Shown one piece after another: positions 36,036 to 49,500 of a stretch of 64,000 bases of DNA; the first letter of the stretch is position 1; each line of letters opens with the position of its first letter. The stretch is from Balanoglossus misakiensis. Taxonomy: Eukaryota; Animalia; Hemichordata. The translations under genes were made by a program, and so were the position numbers. Under the pieces are notes generated by a model. That model was not told where the DNA came from. It saw nothing but the letters and a program-made list of their open reading frames with translations, and did no database searches. Location: the NCBI GenBank assembly GCA_040954595.2, contig CM082584.2, positions 7,397,919-7,461,918 of the forward strand, given 5' to 3'.

Positions 36036-37977
36036 TTAGACATGATGCCAATTTTCCAGTTTGCCCTTCTGAATCAGAGCCATCTCAATGACGAGCCTCA
36101 GGATGGCCGGGATGGAGAACGAGCAATTCATGTTCTCCGTGTCCATCTCCACGTGCACGAAGGAGACGTTCTTCAGGTCCTGCAGGATGGCCCTCAGGCT
36201 GACCCCCTTGTACTTTTCGTGCAGCCGACACCCGGCGATCTCCTGCTTCTGTCTGCCGTGGCGGATGTAGTCCAGCAGCATGTTGACGGCCTCCGGCTGA
36301 CGGCCCTCCAGCTCGTCCAGCAGGTCCAGCTGCTTCTGCAGGATCTCCTGCTCCGGCTCGTAGCCGAACACCGTCAGCCACTCGTCCACCGAGGTGTGGC
36401 GCCAGTGGTCGAGGAAGGCCTCCAGGGTGAAGTTCCACTCCCGGATGAACTTGGCCGCCTGGGCGATGGCGTAGGGGTGGCAGCCGGCCAACTCCCAGAT
36501 CTTCTGCAGCTCCGACTTCTCCGCCTCGCTGATGGCGCTCGAGTACCTGATGGCGTCGCTTAGGTACCGGTGCGCGTTGTCGGGCGTGAGCCCCGACGAC
36601 AACTCGTAAAGGCGGACCTTCGTCGGCAGGTGTTTCGGGACGACTTGGGCCGAGTACATAACGTGGCGCGACTGACCCGCACCCCTGCCGGGGGTCAGTT
36701 CGCTGACCAGTCGCTGCATCTCTCCGAAGTCCGTGTCCGACAGAGCATCCACATCCGCGAAGATGACCAGCCACCTATCCTGTCTCGACAGGTAGTCCCT
36801 CGCATATCGGACGGCGATCTCGAAATATGCATAGTTCTGGTGGAGGCTTTGGATGGACAAAATCTGGCCTTCCTTGGTGGCGATGTAACCGGCCATGGTG
36901 ATGATGTCAGTCCTGCTCGACAACCAAAAGACCCCGCCCGGATACCTGTCTCGGTTGTCGTGGGCAAACGTCTTCAGCAGACACTTCTTACCCTTTCCTT
37001 GAAGTCCTTTCAACATACAATGCTGGTTGCTCTCCAAGCATTCTCCGATTTTCTTCAGATGAACGTCTTGGCCGTACAGCTGCTTGTACTTGGGTGGAAC
37101 GTTGAAGAAGATACTAGAATCTAAGACGTATGAAGTGAGACAAAGAATGTGAAAATAAGAGTGTCTTTAGAAAAGACCAAAGGTCAAACTTCTCAGTTTC
37201 TTCTTAAGTCAAGTAACACAAACATCAACCTTTTATATTTCAGACTGACAACAAAATTTATATGGACTTAATCGGAATATGATAGAGCAACTAAATTATA
37301 ATGTGGTCGATCACACCAAAACATCATTTGACCTCACCTGATCTCCGTGATGTGACATGAGTTAGAAAGAAGCTATGTTCGTATACTGACGGAAGGGTAA
37401 TGAGGATCACTTCGAGACAGATGACAAGCAAGCCTACAAAAAACAAGACACTTCCACTGCTTTGTCTTCTGGTCTTGAGAAACTCCGACACGCTCTCCCC
37501 TGTCAACAGTAAACAATCATTTAGCACAACAACAAAAAACAACCACAACAAAACAGAACGTTAATAATAATGTTTTATTTACCCAAGTATTAAAGGGTAC
37601 ATATGGTAGGTAAAAATACATGTATGAATATGCGAACGTAACGTGTCCTATTTACCTCTTCTGAACCTCTTCCAAGGGCATCGCCTGAGTCTGTCTGCCA
37701 GAGAGTCTCTGTGTATAATATGCAGCACCTCGGACAGGTAATCCGTGTTGTCGATGGAGATCGCCCCCTTCTGTTCCAGCTCAGTGAAGAGGTCGTAGAA
37801 GTTCGTGATGCGCTCCTTGGCGGCGTATCCGATGACGCCCGCCACAAGGAACTTGACCTCCTCCAAGAGGGAGCACTCCGCTCCAGTCGGTGTTCGACTC
37901 AGCTCCTCGATAATTTTAGCCAGCTCCGCCTTGAAAGACGTTTCCGCCCCATCTGGTGTGTCCTCGCTGTCACTCAT
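36036..37977 (-). CDS. Death-effector-domain + hydrophobic segment + degenerate NB-ARC (STAND) protein, ~522 aa; exons 37977-37656, 37499-37338, 37120-36036
   Basis: Exon 1 fits a DED (EVKFLVAGVI...ERITNFYDLFTELEQKGAISIDNTDYLSEVLHIIHRDSLADRL). Exon 3 has NB-ARC architecture: FNVPP...LYGQ, GLQGKGK, RYPGGVFWL, RWLVIFADVD, AGCHPYAIAQAA. Both introns are phase 1 GT-AG and the CDS is 1569 nt and open. A splice acceptor 3 nt before the ATG implies an upstream non-coding exon. Confidence 0.85.
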
Positions 37978-40574
37978 GTTCTGTGAAAGCAGAAAGTGAT
38001 ATATATTTTTAAAATTCTAATCTATTCTAGTATAATGGAGTTTTGTGACAAATACGATTTAGTAAAAGTATACGTCAAATGAAGTGGCGATTAGAATAAT
38101 TAGCTTGAGTTGACTCTGTACAATTAAGGGGCCTGAGTGGTCTTCCGAAGTTTTGCTTTGAAATTAATAATTCTATTATTGCAATTTATAGGCAACATAT
38201 CAATGTCAGTGACCATTAACGCATAAATTCTGAATAGTGATCATTAATTAAGCCATTCTGTCAACATGTTTTTAAGGTCAGATCACCGAATATTTAAAAA
38301 AACACATTAAATAATGTCTTTTTACTTGCTTATAACAGTAATCTTGTATTCAGGATGTCATTTATTCATCTGTCAAAGTGTCGATCATCAGATCAAATAT
38401 TCCACCAAAAGTGCCAGACACATTGATCGGTTTCATGAAACATGATCAACGCACCATTGGCACATAAATTATGAAATGTGATGGCTGTCTTCCAGGGACA
38501 CAAGCAAATAAAATTGTATAATATTGCAATTTGCAAGTCAATACTTGAGGTCACTTGATGAATGTTTGAAACAATGCCCAGAGGATGGTGGTAGACTTCC
38601 AATGTAATTATTAAATATATTGACATTACACAGGTAAGGCGCACGTTTCAAGGTCCATTACAGCACAAATTCAATATTCTGTTAAATCATTGCTTATAAA
38701 ACCTAAAAGGGCTTGAAATAAAATTGAGAACAAAAATAGTCTATGTAACAAGTTAAGCTAACATTGTACACCAAATAAATCACTTTCTCACTGAGTAATA
38801 GTTTTCATAGCATTTTACAGAGAAACGTATCTCTTCTTACCTTCTTGCTGACGTATTGCACTTAAAATATATTATGTTAATAGACATTCTGGAAAACATT
38901 TTTCTTGATTAATCTTGATTTTGTAAGTAATTTTAGCCTCTCAAAGTATTACTCAATTGGTGAAAAAAAAGTTTGAAAAATGTCAGTTATCATTTATTTC
39001 CAGATTTGTTTGTTTTTAATACAAAATATTGTGGTTGATTTATACAATAACAGTCAAGATCCGAACCTTTGACCTTGGATGATATATTATGCTGAGGCTT
39101 ACGTAACGATTCCGGTGGCATATACCATTATTGTTATTCCGTGCACTGGATGGGCGGTGGAACCCCGAAACGGGAAGAGTTAGTACATGACAAACACAAA
39201 ATTAACACGTACCAGTTTATATTCGGAAGAGCATTTATACTTGACTTGTGTAGAATTGTAAATGGTCGCGATACAGGTATTCTGATAAAACCATGATTCA
39301 ACTTGCAAGTGGTCTTACTTCCGGGTTTCAAGGTGCCTTCGATCCTTGAAATTGTAAGTTGAAACGACTCTTCGCGACCGCATGTGTACTCAACAGGTTC
39401 GCTATTTTCTAAGCAAACAATCTGCTGAGCTTCCTTCGGTGCTACAAAATGAATGATGCATCTGTCCTTGCGTGTGTGGACATCACTACTGTAATACTAC
39501 GATGTCGTAACACACGCGTATCGATTCTGTGTTTTCAGTGTTGTCACAGACGCGAAAATAGATTAGGTCATAGGTCAAAGGTAATGGCTAGTCCATTTTT
39601 AAGAACTTTCGTCAGCAATCTTTTTTCTATAATTACAACAGCTTCATGGTTCAAAAGGTTAATTAATACTTTTGTGTCCATTTATTGCATAGGTTGTCAT
39701 TTTCTTAACGCATAAATTGATTTAAACGCGTCCTGTTTGCCACTGCATGCAAAACGTATACCACCCCGCTGCAATAAATAGCATCATCCATATCCTGTCA
39801 ACCGAAATGGATTGTGGGAAGGAAATGCACGTGTACTTGTTTCACAGCTGATGGATTTTGGCCATCGAGATTGTACTAGACATCTGTGAGCACGGGGTTC
39901 CATCTCAAGGCACACTTTGTTTGCTGGTGGGGAAGTCAAAATATAAGACTGTGTAAAAACTCGATCGAACTATCAGTGGTAAGTATTTGAACTGGGTGTT
40001 GACTTGCTGCCAATACGTGATGCAATGACCATTGGATTATGAGCAACTGGATTTGCGTAATTACCACTACGAAACTCCCCTCCCTCCTTGCATCACTGGC
40101 CTTTGCTGACCTGTGATCCAGTTGCGTTTCTGAGTTATGAACAATATGCGAGTAGTATACTGTATTTCACTAATCTTATACAGGATGACACTCTCAGACT
40201 CTGTGGAGTGACCGAGGGTTGATGCAGATGTCGGGAGGGGGGGGGGGGCGTGTGATAATTAGTTTAGGACTGAAACACTGACCTACAATTTTCCTTCAGC
40301 CTTGTATGTGATTTGTCAACTTTTGATGTAACCATGTATTTTGAACCCTATATTTCACATTTCATCTTCACTAGTATTTGTAACAGACAGCTGCAATGTT
40401 TCATCATATAAAGCAATGCCATGATCATTTTGATGTGTCTGTAGATAATTGTTATTTGATTATCTGGAGAAAAAATCAATCAATCACTCATTTGGTTTCC
40501 CTCTTTACAAACCCATAGATTGGTATAATCTGTAAACAAGACTCCTCTCGTTGGTGTTTCGCAAGTCACCAATC

Positions 40575-43500
40575 ATGACGTCATTAGCTGGTCAGCTGAA
40601 GAGGCTTGCGCTACCGCAAACACGTACCCTCTTGTCAAGAGACAGAGAAAAGGCTTCATTGTTGTTTGATCCCAGGGAGGCGGCCTCACTCGACAGGGAA
40701 ACCTTCTATGCGCTAGGTAAGTTTTTTATATAGTGTGCCTGTTTTTACTTTGAGAATAATATAACTGCACGCAATTCCATTGTAATATGCACTGTAATTA
40801 ATCTGTGAGCTTCATTGCCCCCCAACCCTCCCACCAGGTGTAAATGGACTCCAAGAACTGATTGGCATCGACCCCGACTTTGACGAATTTGAGCTGACCC
40901 TGTTCGACGAAGCGTCAAAGTCGCTGGAGAGGGCGGTGCAAACTCTGGAGGTCAACAGGACGCTGGACAAGAAGATCTCCAAGTTCCTCCTGCGCGTGTC
41001 GCCGTACTTTCTGCTCAAGCCGGCCCAGAAGGCCCTGGAGTGGTTGATCAACCGGTTCCACATTCATCTCTACAACGTGGACGACATCCTGATGTGCATT
41101 CTGCCGTATCACGGCTCCAGGATATTTGTACGCATGCTGCAGCTGCTGCCGATAGGTGATGCGACCAACAAGTGGAACTGGCTCGAACCGATTCAGGTAC
41201 GAATCATTACCCACAGTCTTGTCATCTGTGATTTTAGCCATGCTGAATAATAATGGAAGTCAATAATCATGTCTTTTTCAACTTCAAAAGCTGTCAAAAG
41301 TATTTGTAGTACCAACCCTGTCATTGTTGCTGACTGAATTTCAGTTCCAACGTAGATTAAAGTGAAAGCAAAAGTAATGCATATGATACTATTACTTTCT
41401 TATAATGTATGTAACTTTCTCCCTCATAGAAACCGGGCGTTCCATTGGCAAGAGCAACGCTGGTCAACCACTGTTTTAAAGACCTTGGTTTCCTACATTT
41501 CATCTGTGAAATGGTGCCAAAGTTCATGAAGGTAAGAGCTCTCTGATAGTTATTTTGAGAAAGATTCTATAATTGCAAACTATAACTGCAAACTATAATT
41601 GCAAACAAGAATAGTTATCATGTCTATCTTTCATCTTGCGTAACAGGCTCACGGCGATGTCACCCACCTAAAGATGTCAACAATACGCGTGCTCCTGTCA
41701 TTCTACGCCACCACGGTTGTCGGAGCCATCGAATTTGCGGATAAAGTCTCGGAAAAGATGGTGTCGGCATTGATTCCGTACCTTCTGAAAGGATTGAAGT
41801 CGGAACACAGCGACTACAAGGCGGCCTCCTACATGATCATCTGTCAGCTGGCCGTCAAAGTCAACATGAAGATGAATCTCATCGACCCACTTCTGAGAAG
41901 CATTTGCAAGGTAATGAACAGTCTCAGGAACATGACAGACATACTTTAAATTATGCATTTAACAACGTTGTACATACTTGTTTATGTAATAAAAATAATC
42001 AACTAAAAGTATCGTATTAACAGTTTCAGAATGGATCTGTATAGAGGAAAATGTAATAAAATCTTATAATTGACCACACAGCACATGAAGGTTGGCCTAT
42101 CCACCGAAGCAGTCACCTGTATTGCCATTATCTGTCAGACCCAGAAAGTGGATCATATACCCAAGAAGTGAGTATATTACCGTACTCTTGATTGTTTTTG
42201 TCCCATACTAAACGCTCAGACCATATTTATGGCATCGTATCAGTCATTCAGATACTTCACCCAGCATGGTGAGTGTGTTGTCTGAAATGAACCTGCCCAG
42301 TCGTAGACAAATTTTGCAGTCATCGTACAATACCATTTGTATGAGTGTAATAACCATACAAGTTATCTTTTATTGTTCACGTTTCAGGGCTTTCAAAAAT
42401 CTCTGCAAATTATCCGGCATCATTCAGATCTTGGAGCAGCTGTCGCAGTCTCATAACATCACGCCGTTTTTGGAACTGTTCTTGCCAAAGCTGGTGAAAG
42501 CCAGCGTCAAGGAGAGTATCACCATGGCGACGAGCAGCGAGGGAGAGGACGACGCTTCGTACGGGCCAGTGCAGTACGCAGTTTTACTGGAGAATATCGT
42601 TCATGACGTTTCGTTGGATTCTGAGATGGCAGACTTGTTGGTTAGGTGAGAAATGGTGGAATAATTATAGGCAATAAAAGTCAACATCTTATAATAGCTT
42701 GCTGCAAGATTCTGCATTGTTCTCGTATCTATAGATTCATTATGGTCTTGAATATTATCACTGTACTTGTGCACTTTGATGTGCGGTAATAACTACATCA
42801 TTGACAATGTACACACACACACACATACATACAGTATACATAGTCTACTGGAGCTACAGTGCCATTGGCGCTACATTGTTTATCTTTGGCAATAAACAAG
42901 ACACAGTCCTAACTAATGTCATGTCATATTCCAACACTGTATATAAGTTATCACCGTTTGATGCATACAGATATAACACAACTCAATTCATTTTGATGTC
43001 ACCAGGTCACTGCTGCAGGACTTCAAAGATTTCTGCAAAGAAGAGAGTTCCAGAGGTAGAGAAGACAGTGTAGAATTGCTGAAGCCCAAGTTGGCTCCGA
43101 TCATGCAGGCTATTGAGAGAAGGTGAGAGGTCTCGAAAAATCTCAAGTCAAGTTTTTTCAGACATTAGAATTTTGCTTGGGTTGGTGCTTGAACTGTGTA
43201 GCGAATGCATTCTGTGCAACCAAATGCTTGTCCTTGTTTAAAAAGCAAAGTAATTGAAAGCTGTCAGTTTTCATCAGATTTGAAGGTACTGCTATCTTGA
43301 CTCGTGTACTGTGGCACCTGCGTTTTGGTCTTGTTGCCTGTGTTTGTGTGGTGGTGACTGTACAGTGCAATGAAGATCGAAAGGGTCACATATGTTGCAC
43401 TGTGAAAGGCAACCCTGAACCTTTGTATATAAATCTGCCTGAACCCACTTCCAATTTTCTTCAAGGTTTCCAGTGTCGGTCGACAAGGCCTTGGAAGAAG

Positions 43501-46500
43501 CCATGAATGAGGACCACGACAAGGAAGAGAGAGACATAGTACATCGTTTCATATCACTATCAGTGTCAGCTGCCAAGTATCAGGTAAATGAAAAGGGGGA
43601 GGTGGTTGCCATGACAATAGAGAATGAAATGAACTTGCTGTGGAAAAGAGGCAGTTGGTTGCCATGACAATAGAGAATGAGATGAACTTGCTGTTCCTTA
43701 TAAAAGTTGCCATGGTAATGCTATTAAGTCACATCCAAGGAGTCAAGGAGTCGTTCAATAGTACAGTACATGTATATCCTTTTCATTCCCCGAAGCCCCC
43801 AAAATTCAGTCAATCTCTTGTGCAGTCAGTCGTTAACATCTGCAGTCAAACAAGACTTTAATTAATGACTTAACCAACTTTGTGTGGGTTTAATGTAGCA
43901 AGTGATATTGGATCTCAATGCGATGCAATTACTTGAGAAAAAAATTACGTGTTGATTTTGTGTTGGTGTTTATCTTGATTTGCGTGTAGCTTGTTGAGAA
44001 GTGTGAGACCACCTTGATGCTAAGTCTAAATCATCCGAGTTCAAAGGTCAGGCTATCGGCCGTCAAGCACCTACAGGAAAGAATCGAACAGGTGAGTTTA
44101 TGCAGCATTGAGTATAAGTGGTGTATGATATGTCACATGCTCCTAAAACCCTTTGGTCCAACTCCATTGTTCTCAGTTGCAGTGTCGCTTGATGTCTTGA
44201 TGGATTTCTCTGTGACTGTGTTGTCAGGCTATGTGCAGATGTTTTGATTGTAGTGTTTGAAATCTCTGCTCCTATAATAACCCGACCGGATGTCTGATAG
44301 AAACCACACATGTCATCTTAACCTCACAGGGTGAATATGCAGATGAGTTCATCCAAGAATCCATACTGCAGCGGTTGAACGATGATGAACCGGCCATAGT
44401 GAAGGCTGTGCTAGGTCTCAGAGAGGTAAATTTACCATCGTTAAACTGAATCAATGCTGTCTATGAGACAATTGTTGATCAAATAACTGGCTGCCTTTCA
44501 CTGTCCACCAACAGCTATTGTCAAAGGACTTCTGTTACTATTTGTTTTTGTCCGCTGTAAACAAACAACTGATTTTTGTTTTGTTTTTTTTTGGTCGCAG
44601 AAACTGATAGATGTGTTACCCAGAGATGTGCTTTATTCGTCCTTGTGTAAGCTCTTGAATCAGTGGGACTCAATGGCCAAGCAGAAACCATGGTAAGTGA
44701 AAGATGGCTTCTGTAAAACTGACCCCCTCCCCTACCCCTACCCTTGCTTGTACACATCTTGTCGAACGTCCGAGAGTTGGAGATTTCGATCATGTCAAAA
44801 TACCTTCTTCATGGTGCCTGTTATTAGCAGTTTAGTCCCAAACTCTAAAAAAAACAAATCTATAGCTTCAATACACCCATTGGGAATCTTGCAGATGCGA
44901 TATTTATCATCAGCTGACGGCATTTTCCGTGATGTACTTTTTACAGGTGGTCTATTGGCGTAGATGTTGTGGGTATCCTGTGTTGCAAGGAGATGATTGA
45001 GAAGTATCCAGATTTGCAAGACCACTGCGTGATGACAGTTCTGCCCTATCTGTACGTAGTCGACGCCAAGCATCCGACCAGGGACAAGGAAATGGCGGAG
45101 AAAATTGCGACATCTGCATTAGCTAAGCAGAGTCGAACATTGTCTAATTTGGACACCTGTAAGTTTAGACTGAGCTTTTTATCTTTTGTCAAGAAATGTA
45201 ATAGAAAATCGATTTAAAAATAGTCCTGACTCTCTGAGTAATTTCTTGTCGTATTTTCTGCTGATAACAGACTGACACTTTTTTTCTTGGCAGTATACAA
45301 GTCTATGACTTCTAACACAGACAAGGAAGCCATGTCTGAAGTTAACCGTTCTGTCGTTGAAACCATTGCGAGGAATATTTTGAAATTGAAAGAGCAAGAA
45401 AAAGACAATGTGGTAAGTATTCTTTTCTTTAATGTTCAGTTTGTCAGTCTTTTTAGTGAAATTTGCAAATCATATGTATGTGACAATGGCTATTGACTTG
45501 TGCATCACCACACCACAGATCACTGTCAAATACATACACATCACAATATGGCTGCCATTGACCATGATATTGTTCACCTCCAAATTGGTTGCTTGCATGT
45601 ATACGTATCGGTATGGAATGGGAAACCGTCCACTAATCCTGTGTAGCCCCATACCGTTTATTGATAAAATCTGGTGTCTTTACCTACATAGCTGCAGCTG
45701 TTTTCTCAAGAACTCAATACCCAAACCACCAGTCCACGGCTGAGATACGTCCTCACATTGATCTGCACCGAGTTGGTTTCCGCAACAGAAGAGACCGAGC
45801 TGAAACTCAAGGCAGGGAAGATTTTGGTGCAGTCTCTGTGCCAAGATGTCAGAGAAGTGGTCGCCTTCGAACGCAAGAAACCGGTAAGTTTCTAAAGCAT
45901 AAATACAGTTACCTTTGACCCCAAAATAGCCTACGTTCTGTAGTCCTGTATGTTACCCTGTAAGGTTTTATGTGTTATTTAGTTGACACATGTCCAGCAT
46001 TTCAAATTGTTACAGTTCTTCCATGCTGAAGATGATATGTCTCACTGGTTTGTGTCTTTGCAGTCTGAAGATGACGGAGTAGACAATGCAACAATGGAGG
46101 AAGACCTATCGACGCAGCAAGTTCACGCCAAGATCTTAACAGTTCTGAAAAAGAAAGCATCCAAACAGGCAGAATGTCCCGAGTTTGTAGCCGTTCTCTC
46201 GTGGTTTCTACGCCGTGTCATCGCCGATATCAACGCCATTGAATCTTTGAAAGGTAAAATCACATGGCAATCATTGTCTAGTTTTAGTCGAAGTGTTTCC
46301 CTCCATAGCAACGGACATGGAATCCATTTTCTCCCTCTCCTGTTGATTTTCTGCCAACTTCCCAAGTTTTTTTCCCCGTCTGGATTTTCAGATCAAAGAT
46401 GGTGGCAAATAGAGCATGGAGAAAAGGACATCGCGACGTACAATTATATTTTACTGACCCTATTTGACCTTTTGACCTTGGGCCTAGCCGACAGTACGGC

Positions 46501-49500
46501 GAGCAGCACAGTTGCCATATTTCAGGAATTGCTGAAGTCTTTTATAGAGGTGAGAAAACAATATTGATGATTTAATTTTGTCTCAAAGTGGCCGTGTTTA
46601 GCACAATGCAGAAAAAGGACTCGCATTGTCAGTGAGATGACAGGTGCAAATACATGAAAGTATTTTCCCGCCAAAAATGATTGAAATTTTCTCTCTGTTT
46701 CCAGCACCACCTGAAGGACAAGCCCACACTCTGGAAATTTTTATCCGCACTGTGGTCTTTTCAAATTGAAGAGCGTCCTCTAGCGCCAACTCTTGTCGAT
46801 GTCCAAATGCGAGCACTCTTTGTAGGACATGGCAGTTTTGGTAACGATGGCAATGCCCATGTTGATGAATTGTGCGGCCAACATTCTGTAGGTGAGTGAA
46901 AAGAAGGGTTTGTCACAGCTAGACAAAGGATATAACCCCAGAGATTTTCTCTTCCCAGAATATATTTTTTGACATTATCAGTGTGTATTGCACTCACACA
47001 CCGTATACATGAATCTCTGTTGGTATGAGTCTTACCAGCTCATAACTCTCATGATTTTTTTTATACACAGTCATACCTTCTCTGCTGGGCGTTCTGTCTT
47101 GTCCCATCCAACCAATCAGAAAAGCTGCTGTGTCATGCCTCAGGGCCATTCACAAGGCGTATGCAAATGAGGACCGACCATATATGGTACTTGTTCAGAA
47201 GCTTGTGAAGCAGAAGGAGGAACTCAAAGCAGATGCTAATCATATCTCACAGGTAAAATAAAACGGGGGAGTTTTTTTTTCCAACAAAGCATGTTGGGTT
47301 ATTTTTTCTCTCAGTCTGAAGTTCCAAGCATATTCCATATACAATATATGAAAACATAAATATGAGGTATCTGAATCTAGATAAATATTTTCAGGCCAAA
47401 AGACAAAATTAGAGCTCTCTGTTAGATTTTTTTTCTTTTTGTGTAGTGGTGCAAAGCAGTGTATGTAGAAGATAGCAGTAATGTCTCTGGCTGAGAAGCT
47501 TTATTTTTTTTTCCTGTGTAGTTCAATATTTGTCAGTCATGGTTCTGGTTGATAATCAATGCCAGTGTGTTTACATTTGCTCTGCCAGGCTTTAGGAGTC
47601 TTCTTTGCGGATGTCGGTGACCTTCACGAGGTCGCCGTGACCCAGTCTGCCAAAAAGAAACCCAAGAGTCGATCCAAGCGTTCCCAGGCGGAAACGGCCC
47701 TGGAATGGCTACTGGACCAGATCGTCAGCGAGGACACTCCACTTCACGTGCAGCAGACGCTACTGGCAGCATTGAGGGAAGTCAATAACAAGGTATATAG
47801 TGTGTTCATGTATTTACGTGGGCGGGCCCAATGGTGCTTGAAGACAAACTACTCAAAATGTGACGCAGTGTACAGGTCTGCACGCCGATTTCAGAGTCAG
47901 AAATGTGCAGGGCTGGGATTCTGTCATGTGTTGTATTTATAACAGAAGCGCTAGCTGAACCACTTTGAACAAAACAAATACTGTAGACTGGGTGACTTTG
48001 GCTTTTCACACATCAATAACACTAAGTCAACTTAATATCTACGAACTACCAAAATACCACACACACCTAAAGTGATATCACAACTCTACTTTTAAAGTGT
48101 GCAGACAGGCCAACACTAGTCCACAGATAGAGACAACTACATTCAGCGTGGACTGTGTCATCCACGATGATTAGTTTATGTAAAGTTTTGCCTGCATTGC
48201 GTTTCAGACGATGTTGTCCAAACTAGTGGTTGTTTTGGAAAAACAACTGGATAAGGCCAAACGTGACAAAAAACTGCTGTATACCGAGTCGTTGGTGTTG
48301 AATTGGGTTCTCAGACAGTACACAGAGGAAACAGCAGACGTTCTTGCAAGGACCCCCAAAGCAGCCCAGTTGCTTCATACAGCACTGGACTTTGCCGATA
48401 GTTTAAGCCCCGCTGTGATGTCTCCACAGGAGGTGGGCTTACAGCAGGTAAGGAAGCCATCAATGCTTTCTCCGAATTTTTTTCAGTTTTATACACTGGT
48501 GATTATCATTGTAGTTTTGAAGACAGACCCTCAAGGTCTTTTAATGAACGATTGTAGAAAAATCAAAAACTTTCTCCACCACTAGCCAGGGTACATACTT
48601 GACGGCAATAGAATTGTCTTTGTCACAAGTTCTTCATTTTTCTGGTTTTAGATCACCAAGAAGTTTTATTCATCCTTGCCGTCGACCAGCATCCAACAAG
48701 ATTTGCTGAGTAAGTTGTTTGATCTCAGCCTAGACAGTCACAGTACGCACACGACCAATAATGTCAACAAGTCACTCAAAAAGGTAGGTCTCCAGCTCTT
48801 GCCTAAATACTCTGCCTAAATATTCACAGTTGGTCTTTGCATGAAGGGTTAATATCCGCATCCTCGGTGAAGATTTGGCTGAATGAACCTGATATATAGA
48901 AGGAATTTCTTTTCTTTTTTCAGTTACATCTTGAAGCAGAGCACATAATCGCAGAGCTGAACAAACTGAATTCCACGGCAGAGGTGACCAGCGTCAAACA
49001 GGTCAAGAAATTTAAAAGGTAAAAGGCTACTCTTTTTCAACATAAGTTTTGTTCTTCCATGTCAGGAACATGTACTTCCGGGAAATAATTCAATATGTCA
49101 ATATTCGTCTTTTGTCTTCTGTGACATTTATTTTCTAAGTATTCATCTTTTTTTTCCATCCACATCCCCTCTGCAGGCAAGAGAAGCCATCGGAACACTC
49201 ACAGCCAATAACCGAGAACAGAGCTTGGCAGAGAGTGACTTTGATTTTGGAATTCTTGCAACGTCATCGGAAGATTAATGACTCTCATCGTCTGATACCA
49301 ACCCTGTTCAATTTAATATCGAAGTAAGTCTTATTTATGGTCAGCCAGAAATGTATACAGTGAGCCTATGTATTGAGACACCCTGTGGTAGACATGGCAT
49401 TCTCAATAGATTAATTATGTTCAACTTGTCACTTTGGCTGTAATAGAGAGATGTTAGCATTTAAGAGATGTATTTTAGAGTAGCTTTGTATTTTTGAAAT

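Noticed and set aside
35967-37124. Plus-strand 198-aa and 184-aa ORFs and the 229-aa alternative-frame ORF
   Set aside because: Shadows of the GC-rich NB-ARC exon.
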